Assembly: GCA_030390025.1 (NCBI GenBank)
Contig: CM059433.1
Coordinates: forward strand, 15,378,001 to 15,442,000
Direction of reading: 5' to 3'
DNA from: Squalus acanthias
Lineage: Eukaryota
Length of the DNA stretch: 64,000 bases
The stretch's first letter is position 1. Every line of letters begins with the position of its first letter. Under the pieces are notes generated by a model. It made no database searches. It had not been told where the DNA came from and saw nothing but the letters and a program-made list of their open reading frames with translations. Shown in pieces: positions 25,880 through 38,480 of the stretch. Both the position numbers and the translations under genes were made by a program.

Positions 25880-27338
25880 ATGGCTGATCCCAGTCCCAGG
25901 GAGAGAGCTCGCCGTTTCAGCGACCAGGCATTGGAGGCATTGGTCGCGGCAGTCGAAAGGAGGAGGGCAGTGCTGTTCCCGGCCACTGGCAGGAGGCCAT
26001 TGCCCCAGGTCCTCAGGGCAATGTGGAGCAAAGTGGCCCAGGACGTCTCGGCCAGCAGTGTGGTCCTCAGGACCCTCACATAGAGTCGTACAAAATTCAG
26101 CGACCTCACTTGGGTGGTCAGGGTGAGTACATGCTTCAGCAAGTCCCCCATACCAGCATCTGAACCTCATTCTGTACACGCGGCACAAACCCCCACACCC
26201 CACCACTCACCCACCAAGCATCTCCACCTACTAAAGCTCACATCCACATCTCACGCCTTGCCTACAATCACGGCTATTCAACTATGGCAAGCACATCGCC
26301 CAAACACATAGCTGCACACTGACTCACAGTCTTTCCTTTCTCTTGCAGGCCAAGCTGGCCCACAATAGGAGGGAGCAGCAACGAACAGGCGGGGGTGAAG
26401 CGGACATCCAACAGCTTACAGACCTGGAGGAGCGAGTGTTGAGAGTTATTGTGCGGCCAGGTGGTGGGCGCCGTGGCCGTCGACAATGTCGGCCCCCTTG
26501 GGGACAACAACAGTATGTTCATCCCTACTCCTTCTCTCATCCCACTTCCCCCTCACATCGAGATGATAGGTGCAATGGCAAGGGTGCCCGAGAGCTTGTC
26601 GGCAATGGTAAGGAGCGTGGAGGAGTCCACCTCCAACATTGCACAAAGCTCTGTGCACACCATGGAGCCCATCCTTGGCAGTTTGCAAAGGATGGTAGAT
26701 TCCCAGAGAGACCGTGGAGACCCAGACCTCATGCCGCGTGTCATGGGTGATCTGGCAGCTTCCATTGCAGCACAGACGGAAGCGACGCAACGTCTTAGTG
26801 CTGTAATGCAGACAATGGTTGCTGCCATCGAGTCTCAGACTGCTCTCATGCAGTTTCAGCTTGATGCCACGCAAGCTCTGACTGCTGCCATCATCGCTGG
26901 GTCCACCATAGTCCACCGGGGATCTCACGGTGTCGCAGTAGCCCAGCAATCTGTGCTCCACCTGATTGCTGGGATGCTGAGCTGCTGCCCCGGGGGAGCG
27001 GCAGTGGGTCAGTGGAGCAGGAACCTGCTGTCCTCCCTCAGGATGACAGCATTCCTGCTCCCACCACTGCCACTCCGCCATTGCCCTTGTCGCTGCCTGT
27101 CATCCAGCCAGCTCAGACTGCTGCCGCCCAGCCTGAGGTGGTGCAGCGTACAGCCGGGCCTTCCAGGCCCAGAGCTGGTCGAGGACGTCCTGCAAGGCCA
27201 TCTGTGGTCTCTGGCACCGACACTCAGCAGCCTTCCACCAGCCCTGCTGCAGCAACTGGGGAGACACTACGTAGGAGCGGTAGATTAGGAAAAAGCACTG
27301 TAAAGAGGGGAAGTAAGAGTTTGCACAAGGGTGATTAG
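25880..27338 (+). pseudogene. Harbinger Myb/SANT-like gene, premature stop and internal deletion
   Basis: MADPSPRERARRFSDQALEALV..WSKVA..RTLT*; deletion near 26556 joins intron 2 to mid-exon 3. Confidence 0.88.
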
Positions 27339-27400
27339 TTAATATAGTTGCTGTATATATGTGTTTACTGAATGTAGAATTTATTGGAACCGCTGTCTGA

Positions 27401-28557
27401 TCAGGCGCTCTCGGACCGCCCTTCCAGAAGGCCGATTGAGTGGATGACTCCCCCCTCACTGCTGTTCCTCTCCTCGTCCTCCTGCTCCTCCTCCTCCTCA
27501 TCGTCCTCCTCCTCCTCCTCTCCCTCTTCCTCCTCCTGAGGTGGTCCCGCAATCCCTGCTGGCAATGGCTGGCCCCTCATGATGGTCAGATTGTGGAGCA
27601 TGCAGCACACCATAACGAAAAGGAACACCCGCTCAGCAGAGTACTGGCAGGCTCCTCCTGAGCGGTCAAGGCAGTGGAACCATTGCTTGAGCACCCCGAT
27701 GGTCTGCTCGATGATGTTCCTGGTGGCAGCATGGCTCTCATTATATGAGTGCTGTGCAGCAGTGTTGGGGTTGCAGAGGGGAATCACGAGCCAGGTGAAG
27801 AGCGCGTGCCCGTTGTCTCTGACCGGCCAGCCGCGAGCTTGATGTGCTGGCTGGAAGAGTGCTGGAACACCGGTCTGGCGCAGGATGAAGGCATCGTGGC
27901 TGCTGCCAGGATAGCGGGCATTGACGGTGAGGATTCGCTGTCTGTCATCGCACACCAACTGGACATTAAGTGAGGTATCCTTTGCGGTTAGGGAAGACCT
28001 CAGGATTGTTACAGGGTGCACGCAAAGCCACGTGGGTGCAGTCAATGGCGCCCTGCATCACGAGGAAGCCCGCTATCCTGGCAAAGCCACATACACGCTC
28101 GTCCTGCTTCTCTCTGGTCATGGGGAAGGAAATGTAGTCCCTTCTCATTCTGTAGAGAGCATCTGTGACCTCCCGGATGCAGCAATGGACGGCAAACTGT
28201 GAAATGTTAGTTATGTCTCCTGCTGCAGACTGGAAGGATCAGCTGGTGTAGAAATTGAGGGTGACGGCGACCTTGACTGCCACTGATGGTCCTGATCTGA
28301 GGCTCGAGGTCTGGCTGCAGGAGGTGGCAGAGCTCTGTGACCACCTCCTTGTTGAAGCGGAGCCTTCTAAGACACTGCTCCTCAGTGAAATTTATGCAGG
28401 AGACGTGCTCCCAGAATACCCTGGGTGGGTAAGGCCTCCTGTTGACAGCCCGGTTGGCCCTCCTCCCTCTGGCCACATTTTCCAATATTTGTCTCTGCCT
28501 CCGATGCCTCCGACACTGATGCTGGAGGGCGAGGTCGAGCGCCAGTACAGCCCCCAT
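27401..28557 (-). pseudogene. Harbinger transposase, frameshifted
   Basis: ORFs 28207-28569, 27966-28148 (GAIDCTHV), 27401-28045 (NVQLVCD, YPGSSHDA, RNIIEQTIGVLK). Confidence 0.93.
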
Positions 28558-30066
28558 TAACGTATCCAAGTGTAGGAGTTCGAAATCTCAGCACAATGAA
28601 GCTGACAAATTTTTAGCAGCCAGAACACTCCTGAAAGTAATAAACATTTACCTCACTAAAAACGGCTGTTTCCCTCTGTCAAACTGAGAAGGCAGCATTG
28701 ATTGGCGACTAAAATCAAACCGGATGTTGATGCCTTTAAATACCGCTCCTACAGCGGCCGTCCGACTGCATCATGCCTCCTCTTCCGGCCGTTGTTCACG
28801 CCAGGCGCTAAGGCAGGGGGCGGCAGTCAATTTTTCATCTGGGTCGTTAACGGGACGTTCCATACGCGTTGACGTCACGATCTGGCAGCCACTAAATGCG
28901 TAGGCACTAAATGTTATCAGCAGCGCTAAATCCTGGGTGAATGTCGCGTGTGGCGTTGGATTCACCGCGCCCCGCCACAAACCCATTAGCGCCACGTTAG
29001 CACCCACCCCAGGCGCTAAGCGGAGGCACTAACATGCCGAATTTCTCCCCCCTTGTGTCCTATACTTCCATATGTGTTTTTAAAACAATTGATGTTGTTC
29101 TTTAACTCTCTGCTACACTAATCGATAAAGCTCTCGCACATTACATCATTACAGACATGCCAATCCAGGCCAGAAATGTAAATCACTGAATCCTCCCTTG
29201 TGACACTTAATAAATTCCTCTAGCATCATTTGTCCCTTAATTTTGAACAGCATCAATACAGACAGGGCCTGAACTCTGACTTAATTTGGTCATCTATACT
29301 CAGGTGTATACAACTCTTCATTTGCTAGGAGATTAATCTGGATACACGCATTCCCTATAAAATAGTTGACAGTTACATGACGGATGGCCAAAAAGTGCAA
29401 GCCATTAAATTGTTACATGAGGAGACTCAAACGGCGTTCAAACGGCCTGTTAAGAGCTAAACTGGGACAGATTGGCCGTGGGAGGCGAAGAATCTGGGTT
29501 GGAAGCTAGATCCACTGGATCTCTGCCCCATCGAAGATATATTCTAAAATCGCAATCAGCAAGGAGAGGGGGGCAGGCGAGTCTTCCGTCTGGCCCCCTT
29601 ACATCTACCAGAGATTTTGACGGTGTCTGGAAGGGTGTTCCTGGACTACCTGGAAATCCCACCCATTATTCCCTCCTTAGGTCCAGCAGAAGCCATGCCT
29701 CTGTACTGGGCTTCCCAAAGGCCCAAGAATGCTTCCTAGCAAAGGTATTAGATCCCAGAGTATCTGGTTCCTTCCATTGAAGTGTCAGAGTGTCACTCCC
29801 AATTATCTACTAGGCATTTGTGGTGGATGCCTCTGTGTGCCTGAGATTTGGAATGGAGTTCACATCCTGTCCTGTCGGTGGCCGGGAGTCCTGCTCCACC
29901 GTACCTTGGAGTTGGACACGAGAGTTTTCCTGATAAGATTTCACTATTCCATATCTGACTGTAATAAACAATACCATGTTTATCAGAGGAAGACACAAGT
30001 TTTACAGTGTTTAAACAAGGTAAGTTGTTTCACCTTAAATTCTCAAGAGTATTTTTTTTTAATTCA

Positions 30067-30679
30067 GGGGGCAAAATTGGGTGCCTTTGCACCCCCGGGG
30101 GGCACTAACTGGGCGCAAATGGCTTTGTGACTGGGCCCGGAGATCGTGACATCATCGGCGTGCGCATCGCCCCGGTCGGGCCCTGGACCCGAAATTGACT
30201 TCCGCCCCCTGCAGCAGCGCCGGGCGAAAACACCGACAGCTGCAGGAGGCGTGCATCGTGCCGCTTCGGGGGCAATGATTAAAGGCGAGGTGGCCGAGAT
30301 AAGCGGAAAAAAACTTACCTTTCTTGTTCTGCTTTTTTTCGCGGGCTGATCGTGCGGGATCGCGGCTGCCTTGGTGGTCCAGGTAGGTACTTTTTCTATT
30401 GCAGAGCCTGCAACGATGGCCCTTCCCTTTAAGGGAGGGAAGGAGCCTTTGAACGCGGCAGCGCTGCACGGCCCAGTGTGCAGCGCTGCTCAAGTCTCCA
30501 CCCCGCTTGCTGCTGATTGCGCTCCAAGAAGGAAGTGGAGCTTGATTTAGTGCTTCACTTCCTTCTTGAAGTGTAAAAACCGAATTTTTTAAAGGTTTAG
30601 AAACATTAGCGCCTGGCACTAATTTTCAAAACTTTTAAAATTTAATGCCCCAAACAGGGCTATAATGAATTTCTCCCCC
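30067..30679. mobile_element. Harbinger-derived MITE
   Basis: GGGGGCAAAATT / GAATTTCTCCCCC, TSD TCA (30064-30066, 30680-30682); right end resembles the right ends of copies A and D. Confidence 0.85.
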
Positions 30680-31794
30680 TCAGTGTGAAAACAGAATGAC
30701 ATAGTTATGGAATACTATGAGGGAAGTAAGAAGGGATAGAAGGAAATGTTTTTGAATTGTATGCAATCAGCTTGACCACTGACCTATTATCAGTCAAATA
30801 ACCAAGCACTTCTGAGGTTCAAATCAAAAATCTTGACTAATCCATGCTTCAGACATTATTAGTGAATATGTGCCATACTTCTGCTATCAAAATGAATCAC
30901 TTATGAATCTTTAGGATAAGCAAGTGGAAGAACAGACCAGAAAGGCTAGACCTCTATAATTCTTACAAAGACTGAAAGAAACTGAAACAAAAACAGTCCT
31001 TCAGCAATTGCGGACAAGTTGGCTCCAATCAATAACTCAGAATACATAGGGAGGCAATTTCAATAAGCGATGTTGTGTTTAGTCACATCATCTAATGTGC
31101 TGTATTTGTGAGAAGCAAATACTGGCCCCCAAAACTGCATTACATTTATGTCACACGACTGAAACTGTATGTGATTCCCCAGGGAATATATTAAATGGCC
31201 TGGATTTTGCTGTAAAAGTAATGGTGAGGCAACGCTCACCATTATTTATGTGCAAATCAGACAGCAACTTCCAGTGACCGCACAAGCGCAGATAAACGCA
31301 GAAATCCAGAAGTTGCTGTCCGAGATACACCACTCCTCCAGAAGCTTCTCGAAAACGTCATCTCACCATCTGACTTACCATTCAAATACGTTGAATGGCA
31401 TGAACTTGATGTACTTACCTTATAAATACAAACTAAACTTGCCAAAAAATGTTCGGGCTTGTCCATTCCAGTCTAACTGCCCTATTAATGGCGTGATAAG
31501 TCTTAATTACTGCCAAACAACCTCTCTGGCACTGAACATTAACTTTTACAAGTGAGGAGTCTCATTCCTTCAGCTTTTGATTATTGTTGGAGATTGAAAA
31601 GGAAATAAAAATTGTTTGACTTTTTCTTTCTGTCTCTTTTATCGCTCTCTCTTAATCCAATCTTTCTTTCTCTCTCTTTATTTTGCTTTCTTACCTGATT
31701 TGACATTGAATTCACTATTCTAACTGGCACTTCCTGGTTCAGACTGCACTGCTCAGTAACGATTCTTCAATCTGATTGGTTAAGGAGACACACA

Positions 31795-34700
31795 AGGCTA
31801 GAAATTCGTTATAGTGAAGGAATGGGCGTAATCAGTAGAAAAGTTGGGATATTAGCGCCAGGCACAAATGCTTTAGACTGCACACAAAATTCGTGCTCAC
31901 TGCTCAATAAAATGATTGGAGTCCTAAATCAAGTCTTAAAACCCAAGCTCATTGGTGTTAGACTTAAAGGGTGGACAAATATCAGGTGCAGTCTAATCGC
32001 AAGTCATGATTGCCAGAGGCATTTTTTCACTACTTAATTGATGCTGCAGCTCCAAATTCTCAGCATTGCTGGCTGTGCAGCTGCCTCAGCAAACAGAAGC
32101 AGAACAAGGAGAAGAAGCTGAAGGACCAAACCAGGTGTGTTCATGGCAGATCCACGCCCCAGAGAGAGAGCCCGCAGATTCTCCGATGAAGCAATGGAGG
32201 CGTTGGTTTTCGCTGTGGAGAGACGAGAGGCGGTGCTCTACCCGGCAAGTGGCAGGAGGCCCTTGCCACAAGTCTTCTGCACCATGTGGAGGGAGGTAGC
32301 ACAGCATGTCTCGGGCAGCGCTGTGGTCCACAGGACCCACACACAGTGCAGGAAGAAATTTAACGACCTCACTCGGATGGTCAGGGTGAGTCAATGCCTC
32401 AACAAATGCTACATACCACCATCAGAACCACAGTCTTCACACACTGCCCAAAGCAGCACACCCCCAGCACTCATCCACCAACAATCTCTACCTACCAACA
32501 TTCACACCCACATCTCACACCTTGCACACAATGACAACTATTCAACTATGGCAGGCACATCACACAAACACATTGCTCCACACTCACTCACACACTTTCC
32601 TTTCTCTTGCAGGCCAAGGTAGCTCACAACATGAGGGAGCAGGAGCGCACAGGTGGGGGACAAGCTGACACCCAACCACTGTCTGCGCTGGAAAATAGAG
32701 TGCTGCAGATTATTGGGCGGCAGGTGGTGGGCGCCGTGGCCACTGGCGACGTTGACCCCACCTTGGAGACAACAACAGTATGTTCATCCCTACTCCTGCT
32801 TCTCACATCCCACTTCCCCCTCACCCCACAAGCCTTTCGCGCTTTCCAGTTAATCATGCTGTATGCATGCATTTCCCCATTCCTGCCCCCCTCCCGTCAC
32901 CTTAACCCAACTCTTGTGCCTTTATGCTTTCAGATAATGAGCAAACATCTGAACAGCCTGTCCCTGAGGGCATCGTAGAGAGCGAGGCGGGAGAAGAGGA
33001 GGAGGAGGAAGAACACACCGCGTCACTGCATCTCTCACCCGCAGGCACCAGCTCAGATACTGGCACTACACATTCTTTAGAGGCTAGTATAGTAGCGGGA
33101 TCTGCACAGGGTGAGGCACCAGGGACGAGTGGGCTGTAGCAAGGCCAGGGAGAAAGGGTAGCTCGGGGGCCAGCTCCCCGGAGGGCGAGTTCGTGCATGA
33201 GTTCTGCTGCACAGGACTCAGATGAGGACCTCGATGGGGAGGCCTTTAGCAGAAGGGTGATGGGCATGCACACGGAGATGATAGGTGTAATGGCAATGGT
33301 GCCCGAGAGCCTCTCGGCAATGGTAAGGAGCATGGAGGACTCTGTCTCCAGCATTGCACAAGGCTCTGCGCACACCATGGAGCTCATCATTTCTAGTCTG
33401 TAAAGGATGGTTGACTCCCAGAGAGACCATGGCGACCCAGACCTGATGCCGCCTGTGATGGGCATTCTGGCAACCTTCATTGCAGCACAGGCGGAAGCGA
33501 CGCAACGTCTTAGTGCTGTAATGCAGTCTATGCTTGGTGGCATCCAATCTCAGACTGCACTCATGCAGTTTCAGCTTGATGCCATGCAAGCTCTGACTGC
33601 TACCATCGTGACTGGGTCTATTACCGTCGACCAGGGCTTTTACGGTGTCGAAGCAGGCCAGCAATCTGTGCTCCAACAGATGGCGAGGGATGCTGAGGTG
33701 CTGCCCCGGGGGGAGTGGCAGTGGGTCAGTGGAGCAGGAAGCTGCTGTCCTCTCTCAGGATGACAGCATTCCTGCTCCCACCACTGTCACTCCGCCATTG
33801 CCCTTGTCGCTGCCTGTCATCCAGCCAGCCCAGACTGCTGCCGCCCATGCTGAGGTGCTGCAGTCTACAGCCGGGCTTTCCAGACCCAGAGCTGGTCGAG
33901 GGCACCCTGCAAGGCCATCTGAAGTCTCCCACACGGACACTCAGCAGCCTTCCACCAGCCGTGCTGCAGCCACTGGGCCAACACTTCGTAGGAGCACTAG
34001 AGTAGGCAAAGGCACAGTAACGACAGGCACTAAGGGATTGCTCAAGGGTGAATAGTTAATATTTTTGGTGTAAATATGCGTTCACTGATTTTTGATAAAT
34101 TTATTATTTCACTTGCCATTCTTTTGTGGTGTGTCTCATTTCAGCTTTGTGGTGTGATACGGCCTGCGAGAGATATGTTATGATGGGGATGTGGTGAGCA
34201 AAGTGGATCTGGGCTTTATGTTATCCTGATCTGAGACTAGAAGTCTGCTTGGAAGAGGTGGCAGAGTTCTGTGACCACCACCTTAGTGAGGCGGAGCTGT
34301 CTAATACACTGCTCCTCATTTATTTGATGGTAAGAGAAGTGCTCTCGGAATACCTTCAGAGGGTAAGGCCTCCTGGTGACAGCCCCGATGTCCCTCCTCA
34401 TCTCTCTGCACACATGTTCCGTCTTTCTCGCTGCCTATGCTCTCTCCACCATAGATCCTGGAGGGTGAGGTCGACTGCCAGTACAGCCCCCATTAATGTT
34501 ACCAAGTGTAGCAGTTTGATTTTTTTGAAGGATAAATGTAGCTACTTTTTAGTTCCCACAACACTCCTGATACAAAAGAACCTTCAAATTACTGAATGAA
34601 ACTGCCGCAGTCATGAAATTGACAAGAAACCACTGAAACTGCACTAACCTGACAGCTGAGAGTGATTACTGATGATCCCTTTAAATAACATCGCTGGATC

Positions 34701-34996
34701 CAGCATCCTGGCTCTGCACACCCGCTCTTCCTGTCATTGTTTACTCCAGGTGCTGAGGTAGGTGGCGATAATCAATTTATCAAATCGAGCAGTCAGTGAG
34801 CGTTGCACACTCACTGACATCACGATCTACCTGGCATTGACGTTCCCGGTGATACCTCTTGCCGGCGGCACTATGGGGGTGTCGGATTTGGTGTGCGCCG
34901 CTGGATTTGCCTCGCCCCGGCGATACTGCTGTAGTGCCCCATTGGTGCCATCTACTGGCGCTAACGGGAGGCGCTAATGGGCCGAATTTTTCCCCA
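31795..34996. mobile_element. PIF/Harbinger copy C (transposase largely deleted)
   Basis: AGGCTAGAAATTCG / CGAATTTTTCCCCA, TSD ACA (31792-31794, 34997-34999); transposase 5' remnant at about 34225-34494 (-). Confidence 0.9.
32143..34055 (+). pseudogene. Harbinger Myb/SANT-like gene, 3 exons, stops and frameshifts
   Basis: MADPRPRERARRFSDEAMEALV..WREVA..QCRKKFNDL; AKVAHN..TGGG exon 2; exon 3 with in-frame stops. Confidence 0.9.
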
Positions 34997-35689
34997 ACAG
35001 TTGCTTGCCCTGTTCACACTGATCCAAGGTGCCCTGTAGAGGGTGTCACGCTATTTGGATGGTTGGCTGACAGGAACTTGCCGTGAAAGAACCCATAGAA
35101 AGTCTTTGGGCAAGTGCAAGTCTAAAGAACTTGCGCCATTCGATTGCCGCTCAGACTAAAGTCCAGCCCATTGTAAACTACCTGAGTCAGTTGCTGAGTC
35201 AGGAGCTAGCAAATTAACTTGCCTCTCTGTGACATATTCAACATGAGGGAAATGATAGGAGTGACACTTATGAATATTAAAAGTGACATAACTTATAAAT
35301 CTATTAAAATAGCTGGAACTGCACTTATTCGACTGGCATATATCAAACAGATCACGCTTTTATAACTAAAATGAGTGACTGCCACTCCTACTGAGTGACA
35401 CTTAACATAAGTGTCTAAATCTGCAGGAGCTTCATGTTAGCTGCCTATCAAATGCTTGGTTCAAAGGTCCCACTGTCTTTGCTCAAACAAAACCAAGAGG
35501 AAGAAATGGAGCATTTGGTCTGAAATCTGATCAGAGTAAATAAATCTCCATCATTCATACCTCGCAAGTTATTGTGATTGTGGATATTAATAACAAATAT
35601 GAACTTGCAGCACAACTGCAAGCGGGTTATTAAGTAACCACCACAACAGCAAAGGCCGTTAAAAGGCTATAATAAAAATTTATCAAGAT

Positions 35690-35985
35690 ACAGATGGTAG
35701 TCTACGTGGGAATTAATGGCTTAGGGGTGAAGCAGTCTAAGATGCTCCCAAGTAGGTTTAAGCATATTGCCTGGAAATGGAAATGCAGGTGTTGTAAAGT
35801 TGTGTTTTCTGGGTTAAACACCAGTCTTTTGTTTAGGCAGAACAGAATGAACAGAATTATTGGGGTAAATAAGTGGTTGGCCATTGAGACCAATGAGATT
35901 GTTGTTGACTGTGTAAATAACTGGACTATTTTGGGGATAAACCTCTTTGACACGGGATAGGTGGACTGCATCCAAACAAGGTCAA
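35690..35985 (+). pseudogene. Ancient CR1 ORF1 SGNH-esterase remnant
   Basis: VVYVGING..VVFSGL..VNKWL..NNW, then GLHPN (35963-35978) in another frame. Confidence 0.6.
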
Positions 35986-36703
35986 ACACTTTGAAGTTAA
36001 GTTTAATTGTATAATATTGTGTAACACTAAATGCATTCTTATAAAAACCCCTTGTCTGCCATTAACACTTGGAGGTTAAATTTCCACATGGGTTCTCCAA
36101 TCACAGAAACAAAACATGGAGGTGCTCGTGGGACAGGAGAGAATACCATAAGGCAAAAATTAAATTAAGTGAAAGAAAACAAACACATGGGGGAAAAATT
36201 CGGTACCTTAACGCCTCCCGTTAGTGCCAGCAGATGGCGCTAACGGGGCGCTAGAGCATTATCGCTGGGGCGAGGCGAATTCAACATCGCACGTCATATC
36301 CCTGCCGCCCCCCCCCCAACCCCGCAGTGCCGCCACTAGCAGTTATCGCCAGGAGCCTCAATGCCAGTTGGATCGTGACATCAGTGAGTGTGCAATGCTC
36401 ACTGGCCGCCCGATCTGTGAAATTGATTGTCGCCACCTACCTTAGCACCTGGAGTAAACAGCGACAGGGAGAGCTGGCATGAAGCACCAGGAAGTCGGCT
36501 CCAGGGACGTTATTTAAAGGGATCATCAGTAATGAGTTGCAGCTGTAGGTTAGTGGAGTTTCAGTGCTTTCTTGGCAGTTTCGCATAGTGCAACAGTTGC
36601 ATTCCCTAATATAAAGGTTATTTAGTATCAGCAGTGTTGTGGCAACTAAAAAGTAGCTACATTTATTCTTAAAAAAATCAAACTGCTACACTTGGTTACA
36701 TTA

Positions 36704-37875
36704 ATGGGGGCTGTACTGGCAGTCGCCTCACCCTCCAGGATCTACGGTGGAGGGAGCGGAGGCAGCGAGAAAGACTGGAACATGCGGCCAGAGGGAGGAG
36801 GAGGGCCATCAGGGCTCTCAACAGGAGGCCTTACCCTCCGAGGGTATTCTGAGAGCACTTCACCTACCTCCAATTAAGCGAGGAGAAGTGTATTAGAAGG
36901 CTCCACTTCACCAAGGAGGTGGTCACAGAACTCTGCCACCTCCTGCAACCGGACCTCCAGCCTCAGATCAGGGTGAACACGGCTCTCAGTGGCAGTCAAG
37001 GTCACCATCGGAATCAATTTCTTCACCAGCGAATCCTTCCAGTCTGCAACAGGAGACATAGCTAACATCTCACAGTTCGCCATCCATCGCTGCATCCGGG
37101 AGGTCACAGAGGCTCTCTACATTAGGAGAGGGACTACATTTCCTTCGCTATCACCAGAGAGAAGCAGGACAAGCATGCATGTGGCTTTGCCAGGATAGCG
37201 GGATTCCCCATGGTGCAGGGCGCCATTGATTGCACCCACGTAGCTTTGCGGGCACCACATAACAATCCTGCAAGCTTACGTAACCGCAAAGGCTACCATT
37301 CACTTAATGTCCAGTTGGTGTGCGACCACAGACAGCGAATCCTCAATGTCAATGCCCGCTATCCTGGCAGCAGCCATGATGCCTTCATCCTGTGCCAGAC
37401 CGGTGTGCCAGCACTCTTCCAGCCGCCACGTCAAGCTTGCGGCTGGCTGCTTGGAGACAAGGGCTATCCGCTCTCCACCGTGCTCATGACTCCCCTCCGC
37501 AACCCCAACACTCCTGCCCAGCACTCATATAATGAGAGCCATGCTGCCACCAAGAACATCATTGAGCAGACCATCGGGGTGATCAAGCAATGGTTCCGCT
37601 GCCTTGACTGCTCGGGAGGAGCCCTCCAGTACTCGCCAGAGCGGATGTCCCATTTCGTGGTTGTCTGCTGCATGCTCCACAACTTGGCCATCATGAAGGC
37701 CCAGCCCTTGTCACCAGGGATTGCGGGACCACCTCAGGAGGAGGAAGTGGGAGAGGAGGAGGACGACGACGAGGAAGATGAGGAGGAGGAAGAGGAGCGA
37801 GGGAGGAGGCAGCCACTCAATCGGCCTTCTGGAAGGGTGGTCCATGACCGCCTCGTCAGACTGCGGTTCGAATGA
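36704..37875 (+). pseudogene. Harbinger transposase; catalytic half open, N-terminal half frameshifted
   Basis: ORF 37210-37875 keeps GAIDCTH, GDKGYP and NIIEQTIG (D-D-E); upstream fragments lie in other frames. Confidence 0.95.
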
Positions 37876-38346
37876 ATTAAACCCCAGATCCCCATTGCTC
37901 ACCACATCCCATTCATTTCAGCCCTGTCACAGGCCGTATCACAGCACAAAGCTCAAATGAGACACACCACAAGATAATCCAAACTGAGTTAATAAATTTA
38001 GCAAAAATCAGTGAACACATATTTACAACAAAAATATTAACTATTCATCCTTGTGCTATCCCTTAGTGCCTCTCGTTACTGTGCCTTTGCCTACTCTAGT
38101 GTTCCTACAAAGTGTTGGCCCAGTGGCTGCAGCAGGGCTGGTGGAAGGCTGCTGAGTGTCCGTGCGGGAGACTTCAGATGGCCTTGCAGGACACCTTCGA
38201 CTAGTTCTGGGCTTGGAAGGCCCGGCTGTAGACTGCACCACCTCAGTATGGGCGGCAGCAGTCTGGGCTGGCTGGATGACAGGCAGCGACAAGGGCAATG
38301 GCGGAGTGGCAGTGGTGGGAGCAGGAATGCTGTCATCCTGAGAGAG

Positions 38347-38480
38347 CATGATGCGGAGATGCCGGTGTTGGACTGGGGTGGACAAAAGTGAGAAGTCGCA
38401 CAACACCAGGTTATAGTCCAACAGTTTTATTTGAAATCACAAGCTTTCGGAGCGTTACTCCTTCGTCAGGTGAAGTAAAG
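38347..38480 (-). mobile_element. Penelope pLTR 3' end, same family as the hairpins
   Basis: Reverse complement of 13955-14086 and of 47640-47699 plus 51176-51244, including the tail. Confidence 0.85.
38437..38473 (-). ncRNA. Minimal hammerhead ribozyme motif
   Basis: TCAC-CTGACGA-A-GGAGT AAC GCTCC-GAAA-GCTT-GTGA on the minus strand. Confidence 0.65.

Larger units (their letters stand above)
25522..29051. mobile_element. PIF/Harbinger transposon copy B
   Basis: GGGCTAGAAATTCGG / CCGAATTTCTCCCCC ends; convergent Myb(+) and transposase(-); TSD not clean (CAA/CTT). Confidence 0.9.
31197..35169. mobile_element. Outer MITE that hosts Harbinger copy C
   Basis: GGCCTGGATTTT / AAAGTCCAGCCC ends, flanks AAT/ATT. 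Confidence 0.5.

Noticed and set aside
36704..37875. Host HARBI1 or NAIF1/MSANTD gene calls
   Set aside because: Multi-copy, TIR-bounded and mostly disrupted; these are transposon genes, not the domesticated single-copy loci.
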